Source: Lingula anatina
Lineage: Eukaryota > Animalia > Brachiopoda
Assembly: GCA_051362555.1 (NCBI GenBank)
Contig: CM120645.1
Location: forward strand, 8,618,001 to 8,682,000
Length of the DNA stretch: 64,000 nt
Direction of reading: 5' to 3'
The notes beneath the pieces are model-generated. The model ran no database searches and had not been told where the DNA came from. It saw only the letters and a list, made by a program, of their open reading frames with translations. Made by a program: the position numbers and the translations under genes. Shown here one piece after another: positions 62,014 to 64,000 of the stretch; the stretch's first letter is position 1, and every line of letters starts with the position of its first letter.

Positions 62014-63042
62014 GTGAGAAGTATTTTTAGACTGCTATTTTTTATTTGTTATCACATTCATGAGTATTTATTTAAAGAGAGATGGTTTAAGTGACATATG
62101 ATAGTTGGCATTAAGAAGTTTAAATGTTGACATCAAGTGCAATTTTCATTTAATAGGAATAAATAATCCATTAAGTTTTTTAGAATGGAACCTCTCTAGC
62201 CATTACTGAAATTAATTGAAGGTTTGAGGGAAGTTTTGTGTATTCACCTTTAATTTACTGATGGTTTAAAGGCAGTTTTATACCTTCTGATCATCATTAA
62301 TAATATTCTCTCAGTGTCATCTTTTATAATATATTCAATTTCAGTGTATATAATACAAGAATATGTTGGCTATTGTGCAGTATCTGTGGGCCCTACTGTT
62401 TTTACTTATGTTGCTGAAGAGTGGCTTCCATTTTGCAAGTGTTTACAAAAGTATCAAAACAAAACTAAGATTTTACTTGTTTAGAATGTGATGAAATTTT
62501 TTGTAATTCATGTGACAAAAGGCCATTATATTTTTTTTAAAATGTCCCAGACAGTTGCCTCTTGCCCTTTGATATCGATACATTTCCTGGCATACAGAAC
62601 TTTTTGTCCATCCTTTCAATTTGTACATAATGGGTTATTTTTTTCTGAAAAGGTATCATTAACATGGGTGGATCACATATTTGAGAGAGAGTGCCAACGC
62701 TAGTGGCCTGAATTTACATGATGGCTATAGAATATTGGTGATCCATGGAACAGCAAAATGGCTTATCTGTACCTTATATGGTTTCCCACCTTTTCCCCTT
62801 AAGAAATTAAAAGAGCACCACACATTTGTATTTAGATGTATTTTTTATAGCTTTTCAGTTATTTCAAGTATTTTTGATATGCTTCATGTGCTTTCTGGAT
62901 TATATATAAGTGTATGCAAAATATCCAAAATCATCCATCCGTCTTGGAGGCGTCATTCATAATTCCAGAAAATGAAATTCAGTTGATACATTAAAACGTG
63001 TACAATTTTTTTTTAATTGAGCAGTTGTTTATTGCCATACAC

Positions 63043-64000
63043 TTATTAGTACCACCAGCGTGTACGCTGGCGGTACTCATGGTTTTAGTCCCGACCCGTC
63101 TCGTACAGCTCCGCAGGATGACGTGGGATACAAGTCACCGTTACCGCTTCTCCTCCTAGACCGCAAGGACCTGTGTCCCCATCTCTTGGATTTAGGTCAC
63201 ATATAATCTCAACTTGAACACCCAGGTTTTTTTGTCTCAGTTGGTGCATTGACCTAGGCGTGACGCTCGTTGAAACGCACCCTTGTCAAAATTTTTGAAA
63301 ATTCAATGCTAAATATCTCCCAAACCAATGGAATTATGGGAAAAATTTCTACAGATGGCTGACCGAAAGTCATATGTGAGGATTTCAAATATGCCCTTGG
63401 ATTTGACCTTTGACCTTTATTTCAAGGTCAAATGGGCCAAAATTTTCTAAAAATTGGAAATTTTTGCAAGAAAATTTTTATTTCAGCCAATTTTCAGAAA
63501 CTAAACAGATCTTACCTATAATATTATGGGCAGGTGTTACCCTTAGGGTCATCTTTCATTTTCGTGAGTTTGGGGTCAATCGGTGCATTTTCATGGTAGC
63601 AGCAGCTATTAGATGTCGAAACTGAAAACTCTCTCTAATTCTGGTACTGTTAATGCTAGAGACCTCTTGTTTTATGCATTTTGTAGAACTTGTCAAGGGC
63701 AACACTGGGGGGTGGTGTCTATTTTTTTGTTTTCAATACGGCTAAGGCATTGCACTATATCAAAAAGTTCAACATCCTAAATTCAGTGGTGAAAATAAAA
63801 TGTGAAATACTCAAAAATTAGCAGAGATATGCCCATAGTTACTTTTGAACTTGAATAGGAAGTCATATACTGGTAATATAACTGTGACCTTGAAATTGAC
63901 CTTTGACCTACTTTTCATGATGAAGCACTTTGCAAGTTTTCTGATCTTTATATCTCCAAAACTGGCAAAGATACGCCCATAGTTACTATTGAACTTGAAT
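63043..64000 (+). mobile_element. HINE/Helentron-associated (pearl/DINE-1-like) element, truncated by the window end
   Basis: Starts TTATTAGTACCACCAGCG-TGTA-CGCTGGCGGTACT (hairpin 63048-63077). Internal TTTGACCTTTGACCTT...TCAAGGTCA motifs and a ~144-bp-period repeat GCCCATAGTTACT..TGAACTTGAAT. Confidence 0.7.

Overview
AT-rich, intron-containing eukaryotic DNA from an invertebrate animal. The repeat types look mollusc-like, but the species cannot be fixed from sequence alone. All gene models below were spliced by hand from GT-AG sites and reading-frame continuity. (1) A tandemly duplicated coiled-coil gene on + (a partial copy at 82-454 and a complete 254-aa copy at 1859-3330). (2) An orphan terminal-exon-like ORF on - (5635-5883). 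(3) A GPI-anchored three-finger Ly6/Quiver-like gene on + (7629-14453). (4) A strongly atypical Arf/Arl GTPase on - (19647-22140). (5) A 19-coding-exon, 807-aa kinesin-14 on - (23693-38193) with a predicted N-myristoylation site and unusual N-terminal modules. (6) Head-to-head with it, a gene on + that begins with an SH3 domain (from 39138, running off the window; possibly PI3K p85-like). (7) Nested in the first intron of that gene, an intronless 154-aa ORF with a myristoylation motif, a YxxM motif and a C-terminal acidic dileucine motif. Mobile DNA includes a young 614-bp element with perfect 77-bp TIRs carrying a RecQ-helicase fragment (AcademH-like), a probable solo LTR, several MITE families and Helentron-associated (HINE-like) elements. 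No rRNA, tRNA or CRISPR array was recognised.
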